Shown here: one piece after another, positions 39,201 through 52,549 of the stretch
Layout: every line of letters begins with the position of its first letter
Position numbering within the stretch: the first letter of the stretch is position 1
Assembly: GCF_009834535.1 (NCBI RefSeq)
Contig: NC_045697.1
Coordinates: 11,658,001 to 11,722,000, forward strand
Source of the DNA: Camelus ferus
Lineage: Eukaryota
Direction: 5' to 3'
Length of the DNA: 64,000 bases
Notes under the pieces: model-generated
Seen by the model: the letters and a program-made list of their open reading frames with translations, nothing else
The model's database searches: none
Told to the model about the DNA's origin: nothing
Made by a program: the position numbers and the translations under genes

Positions 39201-39955
39201 CTTCAAATATCAAATTCTTAATCTAAAATATAAGGTTCATTCATTTAGCATAAGGAGTATTTGAAATAATTTCTCACGTTGAAACGAGTAGTGTTCAAAC
39301 ATGCAGATGGGTTCAGATGGGTTCAGAACACCACACAGGTATCTCCACTACAGTAATAATGGTAATAAGTGGAATATAAAAATATCTGAGGAGCCCGACC
39401 ATCTACTTCAGCAGGACACCCTGGCTTGGCCTCGTTTTAATACTATAATATACCATTTGACAGAGAATTCTATCCCCTGCCCCAACTGGAAAGCTGGCTA
39501 TTCCTACCTCTAGATGGAATATTGCTACATCTGCCAGCGGTAAACCTTTCTTGCAAGGTGCTTTTAAGAATGTCAAAGCATAGAGAACCAGAGCTTCGCC
39601 CAGATTACAAGATCATAGCTATGACTGCTGTGGGCCCTGCTTGCTGATAATTATGTGCCTGCTTGGCAGCAGAATTCTTTGTAACTTCATGGTAACATCG
39701 CCTGGTAGCAAGGTCATGAAGGAAGAAGCCACCGCTCTCACCTATCTATGACCCTGGGAGGCAACCAATATCCACCAAAGCAACATGACAGTTTTGAACA
39801 GCCAAACTGACGGGACAGCTTGCAACAGCTCAGCTTGAGCTAACACTACTGGACTGGCTGAGAGTTGAATCGTGTTTATGCTTCTGCACCTGCATTCAGC
39901 CCCTAGGAGAAGGCATTGCATCCTCTCTTCTTTTATGGGGAAGTTTGGAGAAGGC

Positions 39956-39957
<2 letters not shown>

Positions 39958-39991
<34 letters not shown>

Positions 39992-40012
39992 CTCGCTCTC
40001 GCTCTCACTCTC
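39958..40012. repeat. Compound (TC)n/(TCTCGC)n microsatellite
   Basis: tctctctc...tctcgctctcgctctcgctctcactctc. Confidence 0.9.
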
Positions 40013-40561
40013 ATACCATGCAGGTCTCAAGATTCAAATTCAAGGCCAAATTATAGTCTCCAATCTATCTTTCGCCAGGTAATGAAAGGTGGATTCTTGG
40101 GAGGCTGCCTGACATCAGTTAATACAGCCGTTCTTCATTCATCACTGGCTATTGGTCCCTAGGTGTATATTCCACTGGTCAGAAATTCGGAGAAGAGGAA
40201 AGCTGTGTGGCTCCCTGAACTACCATCAGAACACTTTGCACTAATCAAAATCATCTTTTTCTAACAATATTTAATAACATGGTAAAATATTTACAACATA
40301 ATTGTAAGTGAAAAAAAGCTTAGTGTTTAAGAGGGTATTCGGTGTGGTTTCAATTTTGTTTTATAAATGAAAGAATAATGAAAGAAAATATCCCCCAAAT
40401 GTGTATCTTCCTGGCTCAGAGAGATGATGCTGCAGAAGATTTCTATTTTTGATCATTATACTTTCAAAATGCTTTACAATGAACAAAGACATTTACAAAC
40501 AGTTTAAAAATATATTATGGTAACAATTTAAATATTTATTCTAACCAAGGCAGGGCTCTAT

Positions 40562-40870
40562 ACCAGTGATGCTCAACAGGAATATAATGCAAGTCATATA
40601 GGTAATTTTAAATTGTGAAAATATAAAGAAAAGAGTAAAATTAATTTTAATAATATATTTTATGTAACCCAGTATACCAAAACATTGTCATTTGAATGTG
40701 AACTTAATGTAAAATAATGAGATATTTTATAGCCTGTCTTTTGTACCAAATCTTAAAAAAATGTAGGGTAGATTTTAAACTTAGAGCACTAGCTGTATTT
40801 CAGACTGGCCCCGTTTTAATGTCTCAGTAGCCACGTGTGGCCGGTGGTTGCTGAAATGGACAGCACAGTG
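40562..40870. mobile_element. MER33-like hAT MITE
   Basis: gaatataatgcaagtcatata...aattaattttaataatatattttatgtaacccagtata...gtagccacgtgtggccggtggttgc...tggacagcacag. Confidence 0.7.
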
Positions 40871-42241
40871 CTGGACACCAGAAACAGAAGAACCGACGTC
40901 GAAAACCTGCTGCCAGGAGAGTTGAGGTCTCCCCTAGTGTGATTTGTATCTTAATGTTCTCATGTAGTCATATTTTAAAGTTAAGATGATAAATATTCAT
41001 CCTTTACTCATCTTTTACTCACTGAGACATCATCCTGGATCAGGCACTTGGCTGGTGGCTAAAGATGATGAGGTGAAGGAAAGGGATCCTTGACCCTCTG
41101 GTGGCCCACCATCCAATGGGAGAGATGGACCGAAATGGATGGTTGCGATAGCACATTGCAGATGCGATAATTACACATCGTATGGGATGACTGACACGTG
41201 GATGCGTACAGCGGCGCCCATAGCACAGACTCCCACAGGGGGGACAGGTGAGCAGTACCGAAGATGATTGGAGAGTCTTGGCAGAGGCAGTAGAATGGGC
41301 AGCGGGCAGGTGCCTAAAGGGGCAGGTCTCTCTCGGGGAACGGGGCAAGGTCAGAAGTGTGTGGATCACAGGCTACATCTGGAATAGAGAGAGAGCAGAG
41401 GCCACGGGGTACAGAAATAACAGAAGAGACAGGAATAGATTTGTGTTATAGGAAGACCATTCTGGCTCTATGGAGGGTGAATTGGAGCCAAAGAGAGACT
41501 GGCCATGTGAGGATCAATTAGGAAAAGAGAACCTTGTCCATGGACAGCAGACGCTGCCTAATCTGCGTGCCGGAGACAGTGATCGCCAGGGATCGGCAAC
41601 CCCACCAGCCACACTGATCAGCCCAAGGAAGGAACTTGAGCTTGAATCTCTCTCCGTAACCAGCCCAGCTGCCCTGCCTAGGCTCATTGCTCCTCAGGGC
41701 TGGGGCCCCACGCTGACCCCTTGCCTTGACTTGGGGATCTCTGGGGCCTAACCCACCTTGTCAGGCCCTACCCTAGTGCCCAGGTCTGGACAGAAGCACA
41801 ACTGCCCATCTGCCTTCTTGAATTTTCTCTCCTGTTAGGAGGCAGAGGGAGGGGAGTCATTTCCAGTCTTGCCCCTTATATATTTTTTCCTTCTCAAATT
41901 TAATATCAGACTGATTAGAAAAAGTCACTTTAAAAATGCCAAGGTACCCATCTTTTCCTTCTAGTGCCAAAAAACGTATTTCCAGCCAATATCATTTCTT
42001 ATATTTACTATAAATGTCTGGTACACACCAAAAAATATTAGAATTATTATTCACATGTATAGAACACTTTTAGCTTCCAAGACACTTCCCTGGTTTCCCA
42101 TTTGCTTTTTTTCCCAACCCCTGCTCGGGACATGCCAGGCCCTTCTTGACCTGACGCCCTCACTGCCTCCTCTCCCACCACCCCCATCTCAGACCCTGAT
42201 TTGTAACCAGACCTGCAGCTCCTGGATTGCATCACACCCTC

Positions 42242-43183
42242 TTTTTTTTTTAATTGAAGTATATTTGATTTATGGTGTTACATTAGTTTCTGGTGTACAG
42301 CATGGTGATTCAGTCATATATATATTTATATTCATATATATATATATGTATATATTTTCAGATTCTGTTCCATTATAGGTTATTACAAGGTATTGAATAT
42401 AGTTCCCTGTGCTATACAGTAAATCCTTGTTGTTTATCTATTTTATATATAGTAGTTTGTATCTGCTAATCCCAAACTCCTAATTTATCCCTCCCCCAGC
42501 TTCCCATTTGGTAACCAGAAGTTTGTTTTCTATGTCTGTGAGTCTGTTCTGTTTTGTAAATAAGTTCATTTGTGCCATTTTTTTTAGCTTTCACATATAA
42601 GTGATATCATGTGACATTTGTCTTTGTCTGACTTATTTCACTTAGTATGATAATCTCTAGGTCCATCCATGTTGCTGCAATTTCATCATTTTAATGGCTG
42701 AGCAGTATTCCATTGTATGTATATGTGTATGTATGTATATATATACACACACATACGTACACAACTTCTTTACCCAGTCATCTGTTGATGGACATTTAGG
42801 TTGCTTCTGTGTATTGGCTATTGTAAATTGTGCTGCTGTAAACATTGGGGTGCATGTGTCTTTTTGAATTAGAGACCCTCTGGATATATGCCCAGGATTG
42901 GGATTGCTGATCATATGGTAACTCTATTTTTAGCTTTTTAAGGAATCTCCATACTGTTTTCCATAGTGGCTGCACCAAATTACATTCCCACCAACAAGGT
43001 AAAAGGGTTCCCTTTTCTCCACACCTTCTCCAGCATTTATCCTTTGTGGACATTTTAATGATGGCCATTCTGACCAGTGTGAAGTGATACCTCATTGTAG
43101 TTTTGATTTGCATTTCTCTGATAACTAGCAATGCTGAGCATCTTTTCATGTGCCTACTGGCCGTCCCTATGTCTTCACTGGAT
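42242..43183 (-). mobile_element. 5'-truncated L1 (end of ORF2 plus 3' UTR)
   Basis: Translation [22 protein letters not shown]...[18 protein letters not shown] is the L1 ORF2 C-terminal Cys-rich domain, frameshifted; poly(T) at left; TSD acaccctcttt at 42234-42244 and 43184-43194. Confidence 0.95.
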
Positions 43184-43580
43184 ACACCCTCTTTCTCTCA
43201 CCCCTGTCTGCACCAATGCACATGCTATACCTTTTGCCTAGAAAGCCTCCCCCTACCTCCTTCACCTTGTTCATCTATTTTCTGCCTAAGCTTCCCCCCG
43301 GAATATTATCAAGCCCATCCCAGCCCCACCTCAGGCTGCATTAGGTGCCCCCTCCCTTGGGCTCCTTAGCAACTTGTGCACACCCTCCCCTCTCCCCTGG
43401 GCTCCCCCCACTGGATTAGAAGGGCCTGCCTGTGTCTCCACCTGCCTCCTGCTCACGAGACTATGAGCAGCACGTGGGCACATCATGTGTTTTATTCATC
43501 CTCTTTTCTCCTTGTCCTGAGTCCAGCACACATGTTGAAAAGACGAAAAATATCATATTCTTACTCTTGGTAACAGGAGC

Positions 43581-44036
43581 ATGGTGAGTGGAATAGTGGC
43601 CCCCAAAATGTATGTCCAGGTCCTAACCCCTGTATCTGTGAGTGGCCTTACTTGGAAATAGGGTCTTTGCAGATGTAATTAAGGCTCTCCAGAGGAGGTC
43701 ATCCTGGATTTGAGTGGGCCCTAAATTAAATGGCTGGTGTCCTTATGAGGAGAGGAAAGGCCAGACAGAGATGCACAGAGAGAAGGGCATGTGATGATGG
43801 AGCAGAAATTGAAGTGATGTGTCTATGAGCCAAGAACACCAAAGATTGGTGGAAACTACCAAAGTGTTGGGGAAAAAGAAGGGAGGGTTCTCCCTCGGAG
43901 CCTGCAGAGAGAGTGTGGCCCTGCCAACACCCCATTTTCAGAATCCTGGCCTCCAGAATAGTGAGAGAATACATTTTGGTTATGTTAAGCTACCACATGC
44001 ATGGCAATTAATTATAGCAACTCTATAAAATGAACA
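43581..44036 (+). mobile_element. MaLR LTR (MLT1C/D-like)
   Basis: gaatagtggcccccaaaatgtatgtccaggtcctaacccc...ggaaatagggtctttgcagatgtaattaag...ggccctgccaacacc...ctggcctccagaatagtgagagaataca. Confidence 0.85.
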
Positions 44037-46148
44037 CAAGAGATCACTGTGAAATGGATATGAACATACATATGATGCTTACGTTCTTGAGCAAAAATTT
44101 GCCTGCTTCTGATATTGTCCGATTTTGGAAATTCCCATAAATGTCTAATGCACTCCACTCTCTCTGCACCCCGACCCGCACTTGTGTGAATCACCCATGA
44201 TGGGAAAGAAAGTGTCATGCTAGAAACAAGCAGGTTCATTTTCTTGACTTAACTGCCCTGTTTCCCCAACTCTTCCCCGACTCGGCTACATCCCGGTCCC
44301 CAGAGTGGAGTTGGATCAGATACTGTGACCTTGTGTATCCCCAGTTCCCATCACAGCTCTTCCTTCCCTCCCAGTCTTTGACCACTGGCTCTCTTTCCAA
44401 CACCCAGTACTGCAGGCTCATCCTCTAGGCCACATGCCTCTCCCTGGGCAAGCTCCACGATCATTCCATCCCAACCCAACTTTGCAGCTCCCCCAGGGCT
44501 GTACTCCAGGCAGCAGGGACTCCAGAAAACAGAATCTGCCAGCATGTAATGAGCAAACGTGTTTTCCACATTTTCCATGAGCAATCAATACACTGATAAT
44601 GACGGTAATTGCTAATTTCAAGCAGAATTAATTTTAAAAGGGTGATCTTTTGTTGTCTACCTACAACATATTTTCAAGTTCAAAATCATATACATTATCT
44701 TTAAGTATGCCATTGGTCCTCAAAGTATTTTCTTCTTTCTTCCTTAATCTGAAACTTGGGAACTATCTGAATAAATATGAAGACAGGCTGTCCTTCACAA
44801 ATGGTATCATTTGTGATACATGGTTTTAAAAAGTCAATATCTAATCCCACCATAATTGATTTGCTAATTGCATGAAGGTAGGTAATATTCTTACCGTTCA
44901 GCTCACCCAGCACCTCCATCTCCCCCTCCAAAAAAAATTAGATTCCAAGAATTTAGGGATGGCAAACCAAGAGAAGATTCCACGTTCCCGCAATGCAGTG
45001 GGAGCTTTCTATCCTTAGGAATATGCCTATGTGGAAATAAGATCCACGCCAAGCAGCAGTATTAGCAGTTCTCTCCATGATGCAGGAAAAGCACCTTTGA
45101 GAACTCTAAGGTTTATTTTTGTAATTTTGACACAATTCAGTAATTTTCCAGAAGGTCAGAGGGCCGGCAGCAGATGGCTGGTTTCCTCTGATTCGCAACA
45201 GTAACATCATTCCTGGCCAGTCCTCCCGCCCTGGTTCAGAGTCTTGTCAGCCTCCCTCCTGCTATTTCTAAAGCCTCTTGCCCACTTCCTTCGCACAACC
45301 TCTCAATCCATCCACCCAGAGATGCTAGAGTGTCTTCCCAAAGTGCTCATTTAAACAGGTCACTGACTTCTTTAAAACTTAACTCTCACCATTGCCTTGG
45401 GGTTAAAATGTGAACAGTTTGCAGGGCACCTGAGGGTCCCACCCATCCTCAGCCATGCAGCCTCACACTTCCTCTAGCGGCAGGTGCACCTGAGCTCAAA
45501 CCACAGGGGAGTCCCTCGAATTTCCGGATCCTTTCTCTCCAGGCCAGTTTACAGCATCTCCCACCTAAGGGATGGTTCAGTTGTGCACTTGCCTATTGTT
45601 CTCTTACTTCCTTTACTTTTGAACACTGCAGTCGCTTCCCCTGCAAACTTCTTTACATTTAAACTCTTTTTTTTTTTCACTTTCATTTGTTTTATTTTTA
45701 TTGGTATTAAAATCCTGAAAAGACTAAAAAAATAACAAGCTCCTCCAATGGAAGAAAAAATGTTTTTTAAAAAAATGTGTGCTAACCATCTTGGGTTTTG
45801 TTGTAGAATGTCCTTGTTCTGCGAGACCCTTGCCCAAATATTAGGCTAAGATGTCAAGGCGTCTGCAACTTCTTTCTCAAATGATTCGGTTAAGAAAAAA
45901 AAAAAGTGAATGTGAGAGGGTAAAAATTTTTCAATGGAATTTTCAGTAAACTCATCATGGACAATTGGGTCCTAAATGAGCCAGCATTGGGAGAAGCCAG
46001 TGCACCTGTTAGCCTCGGGGGTCCTTATCCTGCTCCCTCGCCGTCAGTCAGTCTCTGGGGCCCAAGGTCCGACACCCCCTTGACCTTCTATCTGCTCCTC
46101 CTTGCTCTCCAGCCGACTTGTTCTCCCTCCTTTACAATAATGCTCTGC

Positions 46149-46300
46149 TTTTTTTGTTTGTTTATTTGTTTTGTTGAAGGGGAAGTAATTAGTTTCATTT
46201 ATTTATTGATTTATTGATGGAGGTACTGGGGATTGAACCCAGGACCTTGTGCGTGCTAGGCATGCATTCTACTCCTGTGCTATACGCTCACCCCTCCCCC
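46149..46300 (-). mobile_element. tRNA-derived camelid SINE (vic-1-like)
   Basis: Antisense ggaggtactggggattgaacccaggaccttgtgcgtgctaggcatgc; TSD caataatgctctg (46135-46147) / caacaatgctctg (46301-46313). Confidence 0.88.
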
Positions 46301-48909
46301 CAACAATGCTCTGATGTCTTCGTTCATACAATTATTGCACCCGGGGCTGCAGTCTGTTTCCCAGGAGGAATCTGAGAGCTCTCCGTGCCTAGGATCAGCC
46401 ACACAAAAGGGGTTCAGACATTTTCCTAGAGAGAATTAGTGAAGTAATGAGGAAACGGGTGGAAAGATATCACCTATTTTGTACAGAACTGTATTTTTTA
46501 CTCACTAGGGCACTTGGGAAAAAGAGGTAAAAAGAAAGAAACGGGGCCCAGAAGAGCTCACACTTAGGGAGCCCGAGGACTTGAGTCTGCAAGTACAAGA
46601 AACGGGCTCTGGAAACTGAGTTTCTTGCTGTGTTGGTGTTACCGAATTGAGCTGTATGGACCCTGCTCGGCCCCAGCCCAGCCAGGCTCTCTGCTTCAGG
46701 AGGGATTTAATTTTAAAGGGTAAAGACAAAGAGGGGAGGAAGGGACTAATGACGGGGAGGCATGTGCATTCATCTACTGGGGAAGGGGCAGGGCTTTTCA
46801 TGAGAGAGTGGGGAGCCACCCCCTTTTTACTCTTTTTTGGTCCTTAATTCCCCATCCTGGCTGCTGGTAGGTGTGCCATTTAATATGCTAATGTGGTCAC
46901 ATCAGCGTATAATGAGACTTAAGTTCTGATGGAGGTCAGATTCCACTCTGCTTTGGTCCCAGCTGGTTCCGTCTGGGTTTTTTTGTTTGTTTATAGCTTC
47001 CTTTCTTATCTCTGGACCCTTTAACTTAAAGATTTATACTAACTCCTGCTAAAGGTACAGGGTTGGCAGGTTTTGAGTGAAGACATGCCTGCTAAAGGTG
47101 GGGTGATGGGTTTTGAGCTAAGACCTGGGGCAGCTCTGGCAACACTGGGTCGACAGCCATCCCAGCAGCCGTGAGGACAAGCTCTCTGGACGCAAGGGTG
47201 CGGACACTGGGAACTGAGGAAAGATCCCTGGGTGCGCCTGGTCATTCTCAGACTTGTCAGGGTGTTCTAGCTGCAGCCTAAAGCATCCCCGGTGAGGGTT
47301 AGGCATCCTCTGAGGCAATGGCTTCGAGTCTTTTCCACAGGATCTCTTCAGAGCAGCAGTTCTCACAAGGCAAGTTCACACCCCCATGTTACAGCAGACC
47401 CTCTTACGGGCAAGAATGCTCTCAGCCCTCCAAAGAGAGAAGGTGAAGAAATGAACGCCTCCAGCTTCCAGTGAAGCCCGAGTGAGGGGGCTTTACAGAC
47501 GCCTCACCTCAGACAGTCCTGTCATCTAGTACCTTGTTTGACGTCATCTTCACACCCATCACGTCCTTCAATAAATCTTTTCTCCATTGTCCAACCTCAG
47601 CTCATCATAACCCAAAACACCTTTGACTTTAAAGTGGCCTCTAAAAACCATTTCCAAATTCTACAACATCTTTCTTATTGGATAACTTATCAATGGGTAG
47701 ATCACCTTCAAACTCGTCAACTAACTTTTTAAACGTAAGCTTTGGGGAACTGGATCATAATCTGGATTCCTGCTCACCCCTTCTCATAACCAGCTTCTAA
47801 CTCTGTACATCGAGAGAGGGCAGAGACAGGTAGGAACCACACAGCCCTTGCAGAAACACCAGACTGTATGAGCTTTATTATAAGTACCCATCATGTCTCC
47901 AAACTTTATTCCTCAACTCTAATGAAATAACAGCAAGTATGCCAACCTCAAAAACCTGTCTTGGGTAGCCAAGTGATGTAACTGCTGACTGCCCAGCACC
48001 ATGCACATGGCAGGAGACGCTCAAAGATGCCAGTCCCCTCCCTGCTTCTAACGGTGATAAATTTAGGCTGGTATTTACTGGGCACTTTCTTTGTGTCTTA
48101 TATGCAGTGACTCATTAGTCCTCACAGCAGTCCCATGAAATGGGTTTATTTCATAAATGAAACTTGGGACAAAAGGAGTTAAAAGTGGCAAACCAAACAC
48201 CAAAAAGCTACAGGCTAGAGCTGACTCTACTGCAACAGAAGAACTTTGAACAGTTACACTAAAATTCTTTTCAAAGGTTCAAAACAGGCACTGTGAGGCC
48301 ATGGAAACAATAACAGATGACAGATCCAAAGCCTTGGGCTCCTGTCCTGATCTCATCATTTACTAATCTTGCAACTATTATGGGAAACCCTCCAAAAGCC
48401 CACAAAGGGTTTTGAGGCTCCTGTGTTTCCCCTCCTCCTGGGCACATATGCACTTGCTAGATGGAGACTACTGATTTGAAAGCAAGGAATGCCAAGCTCC
48501 CTGTGTCCCTCCCTCAGAGATGGGATACACATCTGCAGTGAGAGAGGAATATAAATACCATCTGCAAATTTCCTGCCTCAAACGCCCCTTTGTTTAGAAA
48601 TCTGGCTTGCTTACCTATATCCTCAGAAAGGCAAAATGTAAGTTCCAATCAGATGTCCACGTGGGCTCACAATTTATGATCCTATGGAAAATTTTAAAGG
48701 CAGCTGTTTATCTGCTACCCTTATAGAACCAGTCGCTCCAAGGTCTTGGCTGTAGACTCCAGGCAAGACTCCACTGACGTTCTCCCCAGTGCCTCCCCAC
48801 CCCACTGAGTAAAACTGGGGCTCAGGAATGTTTGACGTGGGAAGATCACAACCCACCCCCAGCAGGAGGTAGTAACTGGATATTAGAGCCTGGCAGTATA
48901 TGCAGAAGG

Positions 48910-49420
48910 TGTTGTGGAATTCAGCCGGCTGGTGTGCGAGTGGTGAAAGAATTTACCAAAGACAAAGGATTTAGAGAGAAAAGGAGATTATTAGATACAC
49001 TGCTATAGGCAGCAGCGGCCACAGATGGGAGGTGCCTGTGTGCTCCGAGTCAGCTGCTGAGGTCTTTTACAAGAGAGGGAAACCTTTAAAAACTCCTTGT
49101 GCTTACGTGACATCAGGCACAAAGCAGGTCACAGGGTGAATGATCAGCTAGTGCACAGTTCTCTGACTGGTTGATGTTGAGGGAACAGGGAAGGGAGCGG
49201 GTATGAAAGAGTAGGGCTAGGGATTTTGATAGGAGGTTGTGACTGGTCCTGGTGGCTAGGCCTCCAGCCATTGGGAGGTTGATCAATGTCTAGAGTAGTT
49301 AGATCAGCTAAGGCAGGTACATATTAAGAAAGGAATGTTCTCTGTTATCTTTAAAAGGCAGGAACTGGACACTGGAGGGGCCTTGGAGCAGGAATCTGCC
49401 AAATGTCTGTGGACCCCACA
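48910..49420 (-). mobile_element. Probable ERV solo LTR
   Basis: TG...CA ends (tgttgtgg...ccccaca), about 510 bp, antisense-LTR-like composition; TSD only approximate (gaagg/taaag). Confidence 0.55.
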
Positions 49421-49639
49421 TAAAGCCCTTTGAGTTGCATCTGTCTCCCGGCAGTCAAAAGAATTAATCAAGGTCTAATGCAGAAAAGAGATTTGCACTA
49501 GATTTGGCAGACTCTGGGCCACTGACTTTAACTGGATCGAGTCACTTAAGTTCACCGAAACTTGAATTTCTTAGCCCCAAACAAGATAGTCGTAACATCT
49601 GTCTTGACTATTTCAAAGACCATCGTGAAGATTAAATTT

Positions 49640-50350
49640 AGGAGGCAACTTAGCATTAGGGTTAAAAACTCAGATTCAAGATCCAGACTGACTACGTTCA
49701 GACCCCACCTCAGCTACTTCCTAGCTACATGATTGCGGGCAAGGAAGTGAACCTGTCCATGCCTCGCATTCCTCGTTTGAAACAGACAAAAGCAAAAATC
49801 CTGTGTGTTGGGCTGCACCCTGCAGGACTAAAGGGCTACGCTCGCCCAGCTTTGAGGCTGAAGAGCAAGCCCAGAGTCAGTGACAGAGCAGCCAATGGTT
49901 TAATGGACCGGGGAGCTTCCACATCTGAAGCAAGGTCCTGGAGTGACTCCAGGTGTCCAGCCAATGAAGGATGGGCAGGGCATGGTGGCGGTCTTCACTC
50001 CTGGGAGGCAGAGGGAGGTTACCAGTTATAGAGGGAATTGACATCAGGTTGGCTCATTGCTTACCAAGTGAACCAGCAGAGGGGCACACCCCTCACCACC
50101 CCTTTGATAAGAACAGTCACCAGCTGGGGCCTGGGGCAAGTGTGGAGGACAGACGCTCAGTCCTGCATGTTGCGTGTAGGTAAAGCCAGCCCTGGTTGAG
50201 TAGGGAATGTACAGAGAACAAGAGAAGAGCCATCTTGGGTGGCCCGACCACACACTATGCCAAAAGGCTGTTGTGAGGATTAAACTGATGATTATATGTA
50301 AAGCATTCAGAGTGATGTTTGCCACACTTGTAAGTGGTGGTAATTATTCC
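49640..50350 (+). mobile_element. MIR SINE split by the 49806-50254 LTR
   Basis: 5' part ctcagctacttcctagct...gggcaaggaagtgaacct; 3' part gttgtgaggattaaactgatg...tgtaaagcattcagag resumes after the LTR. Confidence 0.7.
49806..50254 (-). mobile_element. ERV solo LTR
   Basis: TG...CA ends; 5-bp TSD ctgtg/ctatg; minus-strand TATAA at about 50026-50030 upstream of ATTAAA at 49899-49904; interrupts a MIR. Confidence 0.75.
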
Positions 50351-52549
50351 GTGAAAGCACCTAAAAAGTCAAAACTCACCCAGAGATACTGGTATACTAT
50401 GGAATGAACCTTATCCACAAGTTTTCTGTTAATTTTCTAGCAAAAAAGTATGCCCGGCCCAAGTCAGCAAGTCAAGGTCCCCATTCTTCTTTCCATCACC
50501 CTGAGCAGCAGAAAGGATGACCACTTCCTGAGGATGGTGGGATGACTGGAACCACGTGTTATAACGGAAGAGCATTTTCTAGTGCATGAAGCACTGTGTG
50601 AGCACTAACATTAACCCTTCAGTTGTCACCCCCAAGTCAGTCACAGACCATCATCCTCTACTGCCCCCTCTCAGAGGCAGACGTGGAAAGGTCCAGGCCA
50701 CAAAAAACCACAAGCCAGCAATAAAAAAAAAATCCTCATGATTTCTGAAAAATCACTGTGGAATTTACCCCCAAACCCTCACTGAATCAGTTCCTGGGAC
50801 TCAATGTCTAAACAATCTATAAACTGTGACCTCAATAAATCAATGACTTCAAGTGTCAAAAAAAAAAAAAGTTTAAGTCACTGACTTAAACTTCAAAACA
50901 CACAAATAGACACAAGCCACATGCATGCGAATCCCATGGGAGAGCGCAGGGGGAGAGACCCTGGTCACCAGCAGCTCCGGGCACCCTGTAGACCCCGCGT
51001 GAGCATCACATCTGCAGGTCACTTCACTTCCAGCCTGGAGCTCATCAGGTGACATCCCCTAGCACGTCTGAGGTTCTCCAGGAGCATTTGTCACAGTTGG
51101 AGCTCCCTGAGCACCTTCTCCTACGTTATACAGCTTTGAAACCTCAAACTACCCTCCATGATAGGCATTTTTACTTACACTCTTCTTTGACCATCAGAGA
51201 ATGTGAAGTCCTTATTGGTTCCAGGATTTGCCCCAAATTACAACCAGGCTAATAAATGATACAAATGGAACCCATACCTGTGTCTTGAGACTCAAGGTGA
51301 GTGTGTGTAATGCTGTGGCTAAGTATAACAAAATTAAGAAGTGACATGGATTTGTTTATATTAGACTGGCGCACACATCCCCACCCTATGGGCCTTGCCA
51401 TGGTATACGCAGTTGTAGCAAAAATACGTTTTTACACTTTGATCAAAATTGGGCAGTGTGCTTAAGAAGGTCACAGTATGCTGGCAGCAGGCCGGCTGAG
51501 GGCCTGTCTCCATAGTGAGATTTGTCTCACTAAGGAAGCGGAGAAGGGAGGTGGGGTTCCGGGAGGAAGAACACAGTAGGGTGTAGGCTTGTCAGGCTCC
51601 CCTCCCCCGCCTTCCCCAAATCCTCCCTGCGCCCCACTCCTCCAGAGGCTGCAGGGTTTCTTTTCATCCCTTAATTCCAGGCAGTTGTGCTGACTCTCCA
51701 TTTCCTCACCTCCCACTCACTCCAATCTGCCTTCCCAGCCCCGCTCATGAAATTGTTCTCTCTGGTACAAAAGAATTTTTTTCCCTTCGCTTATGAATAC
51801 CATTAGTACCACAGAATAGAAGCACTAGCCTTTCCTTTTGTTATTTCAATCAAATCACTAATTTGTATTCATTATAAGCTGACTGGAAAAAATAGATAAG
51901 AAAAATAAAAAATGATTTAAGGTTTTAAATCACCCAGAATTCCACAACCAGGAGATAATCATTATTAGCATTATTAACATACAATCGTCATATGTTGGTG
52001 TAGATCCTTCCAGACTTTCCCCACATGCCAACACATATCTACATACATATTTTTACAAAGCGATACCAAGATATAACAATTTTAGAGACTCAGTGAAGTA
52101 TCATGCACAACTTTTCATGTTAATACATAAAAGCACATAAACATCATCATGAATTTGGCGTAAACTATTTAATTCATTCTCTATTGCTGAACATTTAGGT
52201 GGTTTCCAAATTTTTGAGATTATGGGCAGCACATATGAGCATTCTCGAACAGACATATTTGGTCCCTTGCGTAAAGCACCAAGGAATGTTAAACATTTCT
52301 TTAGGATAAATGCTAACCCGTATCTGACTATCTCATTTAGCATTGAGAGTCCCTTAATGGTTCCCCTCGATTTTTAGGATGAAGTTTAAGTGCAGTAGCT
52401 GAGCCTACTCTTAGTCTTCTCCACCTCTGCCCCTTCCCTTCCCACCAACACTGTGGGCACCTTCTACTGTGTTTGCCCTTTTGTGCCTTTCCTCTGCTTC
52501 ACTTGTCCTTTCTCTCTTCTTTCTCCAGCTTCAAAATATCACCTTGTTC

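Noticed and set aside
42657..43149. ORFs with real protein similarity (also 52854-53398)
   Set aside because: They are frameshifted L1 ORF2 C-terminal fragments, not host genes or active elements.
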